Assembly: GCA_044359815.1 (NCBI GenBank)
Contig: JBIKLL010000003.1
Location: forward strand, 65,720 to 129,719
Direction of reading: 5' to 3'
DNA length: 64,000 nt
Source of the DNA: Pseudobdellovibrionaceae bacterium
Lineage (GTDB): Bacteria > Bdellovibrionota > Bdellovibrionia > Bdellovibrionales > Bdellovibrionaceae
The notes below the pieces were generated by a model. The model was given only the letters and a program-made list of their open reading frames with translations, ran no database searches and was not told the origin of the DNA. Below, piece after piece: positions 1 through 10,587 of the stretch (positions are counted from its first letter, which is position 1; every line of letters begins with the position of its first letter). A program made the position numbers and the translations under genes.

Positions 1-1345
1 CAGCTCGAACGCCATTCATCACATCATCAACATTTTTGTGCGAAAACACTTCCAGTATTTGCTTAATGTCTTCCAGAGTTGTGGTTTGATTGATTGAAAT
101 TCCTAATTTACTGGGACTGAATTTTCTGAAATTCATTTCGCAGTATTCTGCTTTTAAACAAACCTCAGAGGCATTGATGTTATCAATGGTGATCGTGTCA
201 AAGAATGCTGATTCTGAAACCTGGAATCCTAGCTTTTTCAAAGAGCGTTGCAGAACGCAAGTCAGCTCATGAATTTTGGATGCAATTTGTTTGATGCCAT
301 TGGGACCATGATAAACACCATACATTGAGGCCATATTCGCCAACAGCACCTGTGCCGTGCAGATGTTTGAAGTCGCTTTTTCGCGGCGAATGTGTTGTTC
401 GCGCGTTTGCAACGTCAGACGCAAACAGTTTTTGCCTTGGGAATCTTTGGACACACCCACCAGTCGACCTGGGATGGATCTTTTATACTCCCCTTTAGTT
501 GATAAAAACGCTGCATGCGGTCCACCAAAACCCAGTGGGACTCCAAATCGCTGAGAATTACCAACAACAATATCGGCTCCCCATTCACCCGGCGGAGTCA
601 ATAGTGCTAACGACATTAAATCCACATCAGCAATTAAAAATCCACCTTGGCTGTGAGTTTTTTCAGCTAATTCGCGGTAGTCTTCGATTCGACCGTCAGT
701 GGTTGGATAAGACACAATTGTGCAAAAAGCCGGTTCCAATTGACCCAGATCCTTTTGTTCAAACAGTTTCATCGTCAAGCCCACAGGCTCCGTTCGAGTT
801 TTTAGAACTTCAAGAACATGGGGATGTAAATCTTTGTGAGCATAAAAAATATTGGATTTGTTTTTACTCAGACCATGGGCCATGGCAACAGCTTCAGCTG
901 CCGCCGAGCCTTCATCCAACAACGAAGCATTAGCGATTTCAAGCCCTGTCAGATCTGCGATCATTGTTTGGAAATTCAATAAAGCTTCTAATCGACCCTG
1001 AGAAATTTCCGGCTGATAAGGAGTGTAGGCTGTGTACCAAACTGGGTTTTCTAAAATGTTTCTTTGAATCACCGTGGGCGTGATGGTGTCGTGAAATCCC
1101 ATGCCGATGTAGGATTTAAAAATCAGATTTTTTTGCATCAAGGTTTTGATTTGCTTCGTGCTTTCAAATTCGCTGACGCCGTTTCCGAATTTAAGATCTT
1201 GGTTAGCTCGAATGTCTTTAGGAATTATTTTTGAAGCCATTTCGTCAAGGCTGGTGAAACCCAAAGATCTGAGCATTTCTGATTCTTGCTCAGCTGATGG
1301 ACCATTGTGACGATTTGCAAATTCAAGGTTAAGTTCTTGGTTCAT
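1..1345 (-). CDS. gcvP: Glycine dehydrogenase (glycine cleavage P protein), 5' part; runs off the window edge
   Basis: Manual translation from ATG at 1345: MNQELNLEFANRHNGPS...SYIGMG...WYTAYTPYQPEISQGRLEALLNFQTM...NASLLDEGSAAAEA...RREKATSNICTAQVLLAN. Absent from the ORF track because the stop lies outside the window. Confidence 0.95.
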   Translation of the reverse strand, partial: MNQELNLEFANRHNGPSAEQESEMLRSLGFTSLDEMASKIIPKDIRANQDLKFGNGVSEFESTKQIKTLMQKNLIFKSYIGMGFHDTITPTVIQRNILENPVWYTAYTPYQPEISQGRLEALLNFQTMIADLTGLEIANASLLDEGSAAAEAVAMAHGLSKNKSNIFYAHKDLHPHVLEVLKTRTEPVGLTMKLFEQKDLGQLEPAFCTIVSYPTTDGRIEDYRELAEKTHSQGGFLIADVDLMSLALLTPPGEWGADIVVGNSQRFGVPLGFGGPHAAFLSTKGEYKRSIPGRLVGVSKDSQGKNCLRLTLQTREQHIRREKATSNICTAQVLLANMASMYGVYHGPNGIKQIASKIHELTCVLQRSLKKLGFQVSESAFFDTITIDNINASEVCLKAEYCEMNFRKFSPSKLGISINQTTTLEDIKQILEVFSHKNVDDVMNGVRA

Positions 1346-1449
1346 AAGGTGCCCTCGATTGAAAATAAAAAACCAGCTATTACAGCTGATTTTAAAATAT
1401 TTGAATGGCACCTAACCTAGCATGAAAAAATATTTTCAGGCTACGGAAA

Positions 1450-1839
1450 TTAGCGACCTGATTTTTTAGATGATTTCTTCTTAGATGCGGCTTTATTGGC
1501 CTTACCTAAAATGGCGGCTCTTAGCTTGACCTGTTGGTTATAAGCTAAGGTTTTGTATCTGGACAGATTGCTTTCAATGTCTTTAGCCTGGCGCTTCAGC
1601 AATGTGATAGTGGTCTTAAGCTCCTTATCCAATTCACCCTGAGCATCAACCAATTTTGATAAAACCAATTGAGCCCTGAATTCGAGGGTTTTTAAACGAC
1701 TTTGAGCTGCAGATTTGCCGCTAGTGGCCAGTTTTTCGATTTCAGAGCGAACCCTTTTAAATTCTTTTTTTAACGCCGTTACGCGCTGTGGTCCCCTTAA
1801 ATCAGAAAGCAATTTTTCGATATTGATTTGAATAGACAT
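1450..1839 (-). CDS. Hypothetical coiled-coil protein with Lys-rich C-terminal tail
   Basis: ATG at 1839 preceded by AGGAGA; helical heptad-like sequence; basic tail KAASKKKSSKK. Confidence 0.7.
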   Translation of the reverse strand: MSIQINIEKLLSDLRGPQRVTALKKEFKRVRSEIEKLATSGKSAAQSRLKTLEFRAQLVLSKLVDAQGELDKELKTTITLLKRQAKDIESNLSRYKTLAYNQQVKLRAAILGKANKAASKKKSSKKSGR

Positions 1840-1969
1840 AAAAGTCTCCTTTAGTAATACCCAAACTTTATATAATATTTTGTAGGGATTTAAAAGATGA
1901 TTTTGAAATTTCCCTCTGAAAAAGCTGATCTTTTGTAGTAGCAAAAACTCTAAACGCCAGTCTGAACCA

Positions 1970-3319
1970 TCACAAAACAAAATTAAATTCTGTTACCAAA
2001 GCCCCTGGGACTTTAAGTCCACCCACTGATCTTTCTATGTAAGAATCCACAGAGGGAATAACGGCTGAATGGTCTGTGAAATCCACTAAATGGGATCCAA
2101 AAACATCGTAAAAACTGCTATCAAATCTCATGTCACCAATAGGGGCTTTTATCTGACCATTTTCAACCCAAAAGCAGGCAAATCGGGTCATGCCTGTGAT
2201 CCTGGCTGACTGCAAATCACTCCAGTTAAGGTAGTGCAAATTTCCCACATAAATCCCAGTGTCCAGAGCCTTTAAAACCTCTGAGGCTGGCAATTGACCT
2301 GGCTTCACAACGGCGCTTCGTAGGAACTCCATTCCAAACAATCCGATGTCGGCACCATTGGATGCCATATTGTATTCTTGAGCGCTTCGGGAGCTGACTA
2401 AAAAATTTTTTAACACTCCGTTTGTGATCAGTGGCAAAACCTCGGGCGCCAATTCACCCGTGGAATTAAACTGAGGTGACAAACCCTGGTTGAAATCTTC
2501 GTAAATTGAAAATCGATCCGACAACTGCACTTCCTTGGAAGCTAATTTTTTCATAGGTGATCGGTTTTGTTTAAACGCCGCCAGGCTAAGGCCATTCCAC
2601 GAAAGCATTGAAACCAAATCATGATTGGCTGCTGGTTCAAAATATGTCCTGTATTTACCCGGCTTGATGGTGACTTGATTCTGAGACAGCCGTTTTAGTT
2701 TTTCAAAATCTGAACTGAACTGATTTTCCAGATGGGTCTGATTCCATTTGCTTTCAGAAAAACAATTTTTCAAAGCCTTGTTCTGGCCGTCAGGGGTCTT
2801 TGTGTACATTGAATAGTCAAAAAAATATTCTTGCTTGTGATACCAATGATTAATCCCATGGCTGTTTTGAAAGGCCCTGTAAACATCACCGGTGGCAAAA
2901 ATCCCTGCTAAATCCGCGGCGGCCGTAGAACGATTGATCAGAGGGCAAAATTCCTCGGCACTGGGCAAATCTGTTTTAAATGAATGGGTAGATTTTGATT
3001 CACCAACCATGGGCACGCAATGTGGATCAGAGGGAAGGCTTTCGCACTCGGCACGGCATCTGTCTAAAAAAAACAAACAAGTTTGCAAATCCTGTTCAGC
3101 AGTTTGTTGCAAATCAAATCTGTAAACGATTTGTCGTTGGTTTTGTTGAAAGGTCATTTCGACTTTTCGTTGCTTCACAAATGTTGATTGTCTGATTTTG
3201 GCGTTGTTAAAACGCACGTAATCAGTATCTTCACCTTTTAAGCCCAGGCTTAGTTCTTCAGATGGTTTTAGTTTTGTAAAAACTGAATGACATAAATTAT
3301 TAAACCAATTTTCTGTCAA
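1970..3319 (-). CDS. tldE: TldE/PmbA-family protein
   Basis: 449 aa, downstream of and overlapping tldD; C-terminal LHYLNWSD...ITGMTRFACFWVENG; no HExxxH. Confidence 0.8.
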   Translation of the reverse strand: MTENWFNNLCHSVFTKLKPSEELSLGLKGEDTDYVRFNNAKIRQSTFVKQRKVEMTFQQNQRQIVYRFDLQQTAEQDLQTCLFFLDRCRAECESLPSDPHCVPMVGESKSTHSFKTDLPSAEEFCPLINRSTAAADLAGIFATGDVYRAFQNSHGINHWYHKQEYFFDYSMYTKTPDGQNKALKNCFSESKWNQTHLENQFSSDFEKLKRLSQNQVTIKPGKYRTYFEPAANHDLVSMLSWNGLSLAAFKQNRSPMKKLASKEVQLSDRFSIYEDFNQGLSPQFNSTGELAPEVLPLITNGVLKNFLVSSRSAQEYNMASNGADIGLFGMEFLRSAVVKPGQLPASEVLKALDTGIYVGNLHYLNWSDLQSARITGMTRFACFWVENGQIKAPIGDMRFDSSFYDVFGSHLVDFTDHSAVIPSVDSYIERSVGGLKVPGALVTEFNFVL

Positions 3320-4788
3320 TGGCCGCCTCCGAAAACTTCGATATTTTTAAACAAACAAGGGGGGGATCCATGTCCCACGCGGATGATTTGATTGGGTTCA
3401 CCCTTGCCACAATAAGGTGATCCATAAATTTCAAACTCAGAATCACTGCCCACCATCGCAAGCTGATTCCAAAACTGAGTGGTTGATCCCCTGTAGCCTG
3501 GATTTTTCACGACCTGTGCCAGTTTGCCGTTTTTAATCAATCGGCCGTATTCGCAGCCAAACTGGAATTTATTGCGGTAATCATCAATGGACCAAGAAGA
3601 ATTTGATTTCATTAAAATTCCAGATTCAGTATTTGAAATCATTTGGTCCATGGTATCAGTGCCCGGTACCACATTAATGTTGGCCATTCTGTCTATGGGT
3701 GCTCGGTTCCAGCTGGCTGATCGAAAGTTCGCCACACCGGGGATTTTTGATCTGGCCTGTGATTCCAGACTGCCCAGTCCTCTTTGTAAAATGCCGTCCT
3801 TAATTAAAAATTCCTTAGTGGCTTTGTTTCCAGAATCATCAAAATTATAACTGGCAAATTCACCTGGGTAGTTAGGTTCAAAACATACATTGAGCTTTTT
3901 TGATCCGTACTGCAGTTTGCCGAAATCCTGCGGTTTTACAAAACTCCAACCGGCGTAATTTCTTTCGTCGCCAAGGATTCGATCCAGTTCCAGCGGATGC
4001 CCAATGGATTCGTGAATCTGCATCAGCATTTGGTCAGGACTTAGTAGCAGATCCCTGGTGTCCGATGGGCAGTTTTCCGCATTGACCAGTTCGATGGCCT
4101 CTGAAGCAATTTGGCGGCAAGTTTCAAAAATCTGTTTTGGATCAAAAATTTCTAAACCCGTTTGTAAGCTGGTATGCAAGCCACCGGCTGTGGACCTGGT
4201 TTGTGAATCATAACCATTGTTTGCCGTTGCCGAATAATCATAGGTCATAAAAGTATACTGTTGAAAAATTTCTGAACCGTTTGATGTTAAATAGGTTTGA
4301 TCCAGCTCAACGATTCTGGAAACAGCCTTTGCGGTTTTGATTTGATCACTGATTTGCAAGGCCTTGGTGGCTTGACACAGCATCTGACAAAAATCACTGA
4401 TCAGCTCAGAATCCAAATTTTTAAATAAAACAGTTTGGTATTTCCCTTTATTGGTTGGTCTTTGCTGGTGGGTGAAATTAAAAATATTCAAACCCTTTAC
4501 GGCCTCTGAAATTTTTTTGAGTCTTAAAAATGCAGATTCAATACCCTGAGGACTTAAATCAGAAGTACCTGCATAAAAAAACTGACCGTGGCTTAGGATT
4601 TCAATCATAAGTCCATAGTCGACATTGATATGATGCTGATCAGATTTTTGATCACGAAAGGATCTGGTATGGGTGATTTCCTGGCTGTGCCTCAGGCCTA
4701 CCCATTCAAACTGAGTGGAATATTTGTTAAGCCAAAATTTTAAATCAAGTGGTTTTGGTTTAAATCCAGTGGCTAATGTGGCGTTCAT
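3316..4788 (-). CDS. tldD: TldD metalloprotease
   Basis: HESIGHPLELDR zinc motif, PIDRMAN, C-terminal CGKGEPNQ. Confidence 0.9.
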   Translation of the reverse strand: MNATLATGFKPKPLDLKFWLNKYSTQFEWVGLRHSQEITHTRSFRDQKSDQHHINVDYGLMIEILSHGQFFYAGTSDLSPQGIESAFLRLKKISEAVKGLNIFNFTHQQRPTNKGKYQTVLFKNLDSELISDFCQMLCQATKALQISDQIKTAKAVSRIVELDQTYLTSNGSEIFQQYTFMTYDYSATANNGYDSQTRSTAGGLHTSLQTGLEIFDPKQIFETCRQIASEAIELVNAENCPSDTRDLLLSPDQMLMQIHESIGHPLELDRILGDERNYAGWSFVKPQDFGKLQYGSKKLNVCFEPNYPGEFASYNFDDSGNKATKEFLIKDGILQRGLGSLESQARSKIPGVANFRSASWNRAPIDRMANINVVPGTDTMDQMISNTESGILMKSNSSWSIDDYRNKFQFGCEYGRLIKNGKLAQVVKNPGYRGSTTQFWNQLAMVGSDSEFEIYGSPYCGKGEPNQIIRVGHGSPPCLFKNIEVFGGGH

Positions 4789-5771
4789 TGCAAAACCTCT
4801 GTGGGAATCAAGTTTTTTTCCTTTAAAAAAGCATCGTTAAAAATCCGTGATTGGTATCGCAACCCAGAATCACACAATACCGTCACAAAAGTTTTTCCTT
4901 TGTTTTCAGGAAGCTTTGCCATCTGGTAACAGGCTGCCACATTTAAAGCGGCTGATGTGCCAACAACTAGGCCCTCGTTTCTGGCCAAAAAATAAAGCAT
5001 ATTGATCATTTGTCGATCACTGATTTTCAACGCGTCATCAATCAAAGCGCTTTTGAAATTTTCAGTCAGTCGCATGATCCCAATGCCCTCGGTGATGGAA
5101 GAGCCTTCGGTTTTAATTTCTTTGTTGTGAAAATAATCAAACATCCCTGAACCAAATGGATCAGCTAAAATAATTTTAATACTTTCGTTTCGGCTTTTTA
5201 AAAAGCGGCTGACTCCGCTGATCGTCCCGCCAGATCCAGTGGCAGCAACAAAAAAATCCAGACGACCCATGGTTTGATGCCAAATTTCTGGTCCCGTTGA
5301 TTGAAAATGAAATTCTGAGTTGGCTGTGTTTTCAAACTGGTTGGCCCAAAAAGAATTATCAGATTCTTGAGCCAGTTTTTTGGCAGTATGGTAAAAATGA
5401 TTTTGATCTGCAAAAGGCACTGCGGGAACTTTGATTATTTTTACTCCCATAGCCTCAAGAATTTGATATTTCTCTGCGGATTGATTGTCGGGCATCACAA
5501 TAGTGCATTTATATCCGCGTTGCAGAGATAAAGTCGCCAAACCTATACCTGTATTGCCTGCCGTGCCTTCAAAAATTGTAAATCCTGGTTTTAATAAACC
5601 TCGGGTTTCAGCATCCATAATGATGCCCTTTGCTGCGCGGTCCTTAATACTGCCGCCAGGATTTAAAAACTCGGCCTTTCCAAATATTTGGCAGCCAGTC
5701 ATTTCGCTGAGGACTTTTAGTTTAATTAATGGAGTGTTTCCAACAATTTCAAGTGTATTTCCTGTTTGCAT
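4785..5771 (-). CDS. cysK: Cysteine synthase (PLP-dependent)
   Basis: VGNTPL, KAEFLNPGGSIKDR (PLP Lys), EGTAGNTG, GSGGT, CDSGLRY. Confidence 0.88.
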   Translation of the reverse strand: MQTGNTLEIVGNTPLIKLKVLSEMTGCQIFGKAEFLNPGGSIKDRAAKGIIMDAETRGLLKPGFTIFEGTAGNTGIGLATLSLQRGYKCTIVMPDNQSAEKYQILEAMGVKIIKVPAVPFADQNHFYHTAKKLAQESDNSFWANQFENTANSEFHFQSTGPEIWHQTMGRLDFFVAATGSGGTISGVSRFLKSRNESIKIILADPFGSGMFDYFHNKEIKTEGSSITEGIGIMRLTENFKSALIDDALKISDRQMINMLYFLARNEGLVVGTSAALNVAACYQMAKLPENKGKTFVTVLCDSGLRYQSRIFNDAFLKEKNLIPTEVLQ

Positions 5772-5810
5772 AGATAGACTTTTGCCCTGAGCAGTGCTTA
5801 AAGTCTACCG

Positions 5811-7025
5811 ATGATGCAAGAAACTTTCAGTCGCAAGACATTATTAGATAAAAAAAGTTTTAGTTTTCAAAAAATGCCTTCAGGAATTGATGGGTTTGGT
5901 AGGATTCGCAGTATCAAGGATTTGAGTCTGAGCATTGATGGCAAGAGTTTCGTACTAGATGACATGACAAAACTTTGTTCTTCGCAAGAAGAAATCGTTT
6001 TGCAATCTGTGTTTTTAAAAGAGCTATTATATCCAGGTGATTGTGTTGCATTGAAACTGAAGGATTCAAAAGTGCAATCGATTTGGTTGCTTACGCCGAA
6101 CATGTCACAGCAGCCTCAGCAAAAAAATCAACTGATGTATGAATGGTTCGGTTTTAAATCGCAATTGCGCGAATTTTTTCAAAAGCGCGGATTTTATGAG
6201 GTGCAAACGCCGACTTTGGTGAAAAATCCAGGCACAGAACCTTATTTGGATTTATTTAGCACCACCGAAATTAAGGGCGGAGTCAGCAAAAAATGGTATT
6301 TGCCAACCAGTCCTGAGATTGGACTTAAAAAATTGCTACTGCAGGATTATCGAAATCTGTTTGAAATGCGCCCGTGCTTTAGAAACAACGAGGACTCGGA
6401 CCATCATTTGTCAGAGTTCTGGATGTTGGAATGGTACAGAACTTTTGCGACTTTGATGACCATCGAATATGACATCAAAGAAATGCTCAGACATTTTGCT
6501 CCCAGTGTGACCTTGGAAATCAAAACCATGGCTCAAATATTTAAGGACCATTTAGGTTTTAATCTGTCCCCGGCCACCAGTTATGAGGAACTGCAAAAAC
6601 TAGCTAAGGAATTAAATCTGCACATTGATGGCATCGACAACTGGAATGATTTATTTCACCTGATATTTGTAGATAAATTAGAGCCCAAGGTTTCCAAGGG
6701 ACCTATTATTATCAAAAACTATCCACCCAGTTTGTGTGCCTATGCACGAGTATCTGATGAGGGATGGGCTGAGCGTTTTGAGTTTTATTGGAATGGTCTT
6801 GAAATCGCCAATGCCTTTGAGGAGCTGACTGATCCAGAAGAACAGCTAAAACGATTTATGTCAGATCTGTCACTGAAGCAGAAATTGGGCAAAGAAATCC
6901 CCGAGCTGGATGAAGAGTTTTTGCAAACTATGCAGCGCGGACTGCCCCCTACCGGCGGCATCGCCATGGGGATGGAAAGATTTTTTATGGCTTGGAAAGG
7001 CCTCAAAACCATCCGGTTTTATTAA
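5811..7025 (+). CDS. epmA: EF-P lysine aminoacylase EpmA (PoxA/GenX), with N-terminal extension
   Basis: EVQTPTL, YLPTSPEIGLKKLL, FRNNE..HHLSEFWMLEWYR, ERFEFYWNGLEIANAFEELTDP, GIAMGMER. Confidence 0.88.
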   Translation: MMQETFSRKTLLDKKSFSFQKMPSGIDGFGRIRSIKDLSLSIDGKSFVLDDMTKLCSSQEEIVLQSVFLKELLYPGDCVALKLKDSKVQSIWLLTPNMSQQPQQKNQLMYEWFGFKSQLREFFQKRGFYEVQTPTLVKNPGTEPYLDLFSTTEIKGGVSKKWYLPTSPEIGLKKLLLQDYRNLFEMRPCFRNNEDSDHHLSEFWMLEWYRTFATLMTIEYDIKEMLRHFAPSVTLEIKTMAQIFKDHLGFNLSPATSYEELQKLAKELNLHIDGIDNWNDLFHLIFVDKLEPKVSKGPIIIKNYPPSLCAYARVSDEGWAERFEFYWNGLEIANAFEELTDPEEQLKRFMSDLSLKQKLGKEIPELDEEFLQTMQRGLPPTGGIAMGMERFFMAWKGLKTIRFY

Positions 7026-7026
7026 A

Positions 7027-7914
7027 TCAGAGTTCAGATTTTACAGCTTTTTTTAATGTATTAAAGGTCTCGAGCAACCATTTTTCGTGAGTCTGAGTGT
7101 ACTCATAAAAAGCCATGGTGGTTTGATCAGACTTTTTGATATGAGACAAAATTCCAACCAAATATATCTGTTGAGTGTCTGGATAAATGGCAAACAAACC
7201 GCCGCCCGAATCACCAAAGGTAACTCGATTTTTTGAAATGCTGACCAAATACGGATGCTCATACATTTCGCCCAGATAAAATCCTGTGATTCCGATTCTG
7301 AATTTTCCCACATCAAGGTCCTTAGGGCCCTTTTGACCGTAGCCACCAATTTTACCCACATAGATCGCGCCATTTTGTTCAAACTCGGGATTCAGCATTA
7401 ATGTAGAAATATTGGAAGGTGTTCCAGAATATTCTAGCGAATTTTCCAACAGCAAAAGCGCAATGTCGTTTTTAGTGCTCTTGATTTGCCCAGGGGTCCC
7501 TTTTCCAGAAAATGGTTTCAGTTCAGCTTCGTAAAAAGGATGAATCACATATTTTGAAACAACTGATTTCAGATTGAACTCAGGTCCTGATTGAAATTTC
7601 ACGTAGGCCGTGACTTCGTGAGCATTCACTCCAAAAGCTTGCACGCAATGTGCAGCTGTCAAAACAATCTGTGGGTGTATCAATGTTCCAGTGCAGTTTC
7701 CTTGCAGAAACTTTTTCTGGGATTCTTTGGCAAAGGGATCTTTAAATGAAGTGCTTAAAAAAACCGAAGTTCTAAAGACCACATCATCGTCAGTGGGCAC
7801 AATGCCATTGATAACGATTGGTTGAAACAGCGAAGGGGATTCCAGAAATCGGGGGGGCTGAGCAGCTGAACACAGAACGGGAAATAAAACTGATATAAAT
7901 ACTGAAAATTTCAT
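7027..7914 (-). CDS. Secreted trypsin-like serine protease (S1)
   Basis: Signal peptide; LTAAHC, NDIALL, GDSGG catalytic triad motifs. Confidence 0.9.
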   Translation of the reverse strand: MKFSVFISVLFPVLCSAAQPPRFLESPSLFQPIVINGIVPTDDDVVFRTSVFLSTSFKDPFAKESQKKFLQGNCTGTLIHPQIVLTAAHCVQAFGVNAHEVTAYVKFQSGPEFNLKSVVSKYVIHPFYEAELKPFSGKGTPGQIKSTKNDIALLLLENSLEYSGTPSNISTLMLNPEFEQNGAIYVGKIGGYGQKGPKDLDVGKFRIGITGFYLGEMYEHPYLVSISKNRVTFGDSGGGLFAIYPDTQQIYLVGILSHIKKSDQTTMAFYEYTQTHEKWLLETFNTLKKAVKSEL

Positions 7915-8786
7915 AGCCTGTCCTGACTGGCGTCTGCAGTTGGAGTTGCAAAGGCAGTTTGTTTAGAGTGTTTTGCAAGCACTGATCGAATCCAAGTTTG
8001 ATAATTTTTTAAATATTCATAGGTGCTTTCGGTGGTTCCGTTGCGTGGAAAGACTGTTGATAAAACCCCGACCAATACCACAACGTCTTCAATGGGATTG
8101 TCAGAAACGGCTTGAAAGTAAAAAAGCCCACTGCCTGAATCGCCAGAAAATCCCTCGGCACGCCCTTGTGACATCAAGAAAGATTTTTGATTAAAACTAA
8201 CAATCTGAAAGTCAGTGATCGATTTTCTAAAATACCCCAGCTTTTTGTCTGTCGGTGATTTTTTTCCGTAGCCACCCAGGTAACCTTGGTATTCTTGGTT
8301 TTCTGCAATGACTGAAAACGGACCCACTGAAATGGGTTTGTTGGCAACTGGCGCAGGGGTTTTCAATATCAAAATCGCCAAGTCATTTTTAAGATCGTCG
8401 ACCATGTCGGTTCCATCAACCAGTTTCATTTTAAATTCAGGGTGCATGAAGACCTTTTGAACGACTGAACTGAATTTGAATCCAGACACTGTGTCTTGTT
8501 TAAACGAGGCTTTGATGTCTTGGGGTAAAGATTTTTTTTCAGACACACAGTGAGCTGCAGTTAAAACAACATTTGGTTGAATCAAAATACCGCTGCAATA
8601 GCTTGAATATTTGTTTATTCCTTTGACCCTTTCAGAGGGGGCAATTTCAGATCTGTCATAAGTGATTTTTAAAAAAGCTGTGGCTCTAAAAATAGGGTCT
8701 TCAGCCAATGGGATTTGGCCGTTAAAAACAGCCAGGGCCAAGTGTGGAATTAGAGACAAAAATAAGGTCCAAATTATGGTTTTCAT
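7911..8786 (-). CDS. Secreted trypsin-like serine protease (S1), tandem paralogue
   Basis: Signal peptide MKTIIWTLF...; LTAAHC, NDLAIL, GDSGS. Confidence 0.9.
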   Translation of the reverse strand: MKTIIWTLFLSLIPHLALAVFNGQIPLAEDPIFRATAFLKITYDRSEIAPSERVKGINKYSSYCSGILIQPNVVLTAAHCVSEKKSLPQDIKASFKQDTVSGFKFSSVVQKVFMHPEFKMKLVDGTDMVDDLKNDLAILILKTPAPVANKPISVGPFSVIAENQEYQGYLGGYGKKSPTDKKLGYFRKSITDFQIVSFNQKSFLMSQGRAEGFSGDSGSGLFYFQAVSDNPIEDVVVLVGVLSTVFPRNGTTESTYEYLKNYQTWIRSVLAKHSKQTAFATPTADASQDRL

Positions 8787-8903
8787 CAATGAATCTAAGG
8801 ATACAAAAAACAAGCCCAGGCAGCTTAAATCAGAGCCCTTTACAGAGGGGATTTAGGGGTGTTTTCCGAAAATTGTTAGTCTTTGTTAAAAACTTTTACA
8901 GAG

Positions 8904-9185
8904 CTATTTAGGGTTATTGATTTCGTCTTTAAGCTCTTTGCCCACTTTAAAAAATGGCAGCTTTTTTTCATCCACGCTGATGACTTCGCCGGTCCTGGGA
9001 TTTCGGCCTTTGTAAGCATCGTATTTGCGATTTACAAATGATCCGAAACCTCTTATTTCGATGCGATCGTCGCGCATAAGGGCTTCAACCATTGAATCAA
9101 AAATCGTGTTTACTACGGTCTCTGCCTTCACTCTGGTGATAGAGGCTTTTTCAGATATCAAATTTATCAAATCAGCTTTTGTCAT
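8904..9185 (-). CDS. HU/IHF-family DNA-binding protein (IHF beta-like)
   Basis: MTKADLI...RIEIRGFGSF...GRNPRTGE...PFFKVGKELK. Confidence 0.93.
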   Translation of the reverse strand: MTKADLINLISEKASITRVKAETVVNTIFDSMVEALMRDDRIEIRGFGSFVNRKYDAYKGRNPRTGEVISVDEKKLPFFKVGKELKDEINNPK

Positions 9186-9301
9186 GCCTGTTCCCTTTTT
9201 ACCAGTCTGTATAAACTGGCGAAATGACTTATCTTAATGTAGCCAAAACATTTGTGTTCGACCAGAACTGGAATGATCTTGGCACATCGTCTCACAAAAA
9301 T

Positions 9302-10585
9302 TTATACTTCAGCTGTTCTTTGGTCTGGACTGATTAGGGCTTTTTTACTGATTTTCCGCTTAAACAGGATTTGCCGGTAGCTTGACTCCAGTGAACTGAC
9401 CATTTTTTTTGTATCAAAAAGGTTGACGATCTTGTTTCTTGCTTTGCTGCCAATTTCATCAATGGACATATTGCCCGAAAATATCTCAACCAACAGGTTC
9501 GTCAGCGATTCGGTATCTGCAGGTCTTAATAAAAATCCATCGATGCCGTCTTCAACAACATCTGCAATCGGGCTCATTTCAGATCCAACGATCACTTTCT
9601 TTTGTGCCATGGCCTCGATCATCGAGGGTTCAAAACCCGAAGTTCTTGAGCTCATATTCACATAAACATCACTGACCGAAATCATATCAAAAATTTCGCC
9701 GGGACTCAGAGCCCCTGTCATTACCACTCGGTTACCCAACGCCAAATTTAAAACAGCGGCTTCGATTTGCTTCCAACTGGGGCCGTTTCCGACAATCAAC
9801 ATATAGGCCTTTGGCTTTTTAATTGCGACTTTTTCAAAGGACTGAATCAGATTGACGACCTCTGCAGGCTCCATCATGTCAGTGATGGTTAAAACCACAT
9901 TAGAATATTCGGGAATATTTAATCGCTTTTTGATTTCAAAGGATTGCTCCTTCGGAGTCAAATCACCCAGTTCAATACCATAAGGTACAGTGTAGGTGTG
10001 AAAATCAGGGTACAGATAATACCGTTCTAAAAACGTTCGTTGCAATGGCGAGGTCACAAAAATACCATCTGCGTGTTTTAAGATTTCGCGATCTTGAGAA
10101 AAATAAGTCGTCAGAAATTTATAGCTAACTGCGATCCCAGTTGATATCAAGCTCTTCAAATTTTCCTGAACCATCCCTAAAATTGAAAACACCTGTGACA
10201 TCTGGGTGGCTTCAACGTCAAAGGCCACGGCCAGATTATATTTTCTTTTTACCAGGGCAATTTCTTTGGCCGAGGCATCCATACTGTGAACGATTTGAAA
10301 ATTAAACTGGGAATGAATCTCGATAAATTTCTTCAAAGCAGCTTTGGGAAAGGGCATGTGCGAAAAATTAGGATAGCCCTCGAACAGATAAAAAACCTTC
10401 ACTCCATCACGATCGATTTCTTGCTTGCCGATAGGGCTGTGGCCCGAAATCACAACAACTTTGTGGCCCTTCTGTGCCAGTCCTCTGGCGATGGGCCACA
10501 AAAAACCCGTATCAGTGACCCTCCCCTGTATGGGGAAGTTTTGCGAAATCAAACAAATTGATAAGGGTTCAACCGCTGTTGCCAA
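9302..10585 (-). CDS. Glycosyltransferase family 4
   Basis: ARGLAQKGHKVVVI, GFEPSMIEAMA, DVVEDGIDGFL (GT-B motifs). Confidence 0.85.
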   Translation of the reverse strand: MATAVEPLSICLISQNFPIQGRVTDTGFLWPIARGLAQKGHKVVVISGHSPIGKQEIDRDGVKVFYLFEGYPNFSHMPFPKAALKKFIEIHSQFNFQIVHSMDASAKEIALVKRKYNLAVAFDVEATQMSQVFSILGMVQENLKSLISTGIAVSYKFLTTYFSQDREILKHADGIFVTSPLQRTFLERYYLYPDFHTYTVPYGIELGDLTPKEQSFEIKKRLNIPEYSNVVLTITDMMEPAEVVNLIQSFEKVAIKKPKAYMLIVGNGPSWKQIEAAVLNLALGNRVVMTGALSPGEIFDMISVSDVYVNMSSRTSGFEPSMIEAMAQKKVIVGSEMSPIADVVEDGIDGFLLRPADTESLTNLLVEIFSGNMSIDEIGSKARNKIVNLFDTKKMVSSLESSYRQILFKRKISKKALISPDQRTAEV

Positions 10586-10587
10586 AT

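Noticed and set aside
90..933. Plus-strand ORFs at the window start and other short antisense ORFs in the track
   Set aside because: Shadows of well-supported genes on the opposite strand or frame (here gcvP).
1346..1449. Glycine riboswitch upstream of gcvP
   Set aside because: The gap is only ~100 nt and AT-rich, with no recognisable aptamer motifs; only a weak hairpin.
1970..5771. TldD/TldE with cysteine synthase as a RiPP cluster
   Set aside because: No precursor peptide, YcaO or other maturase adjacent.
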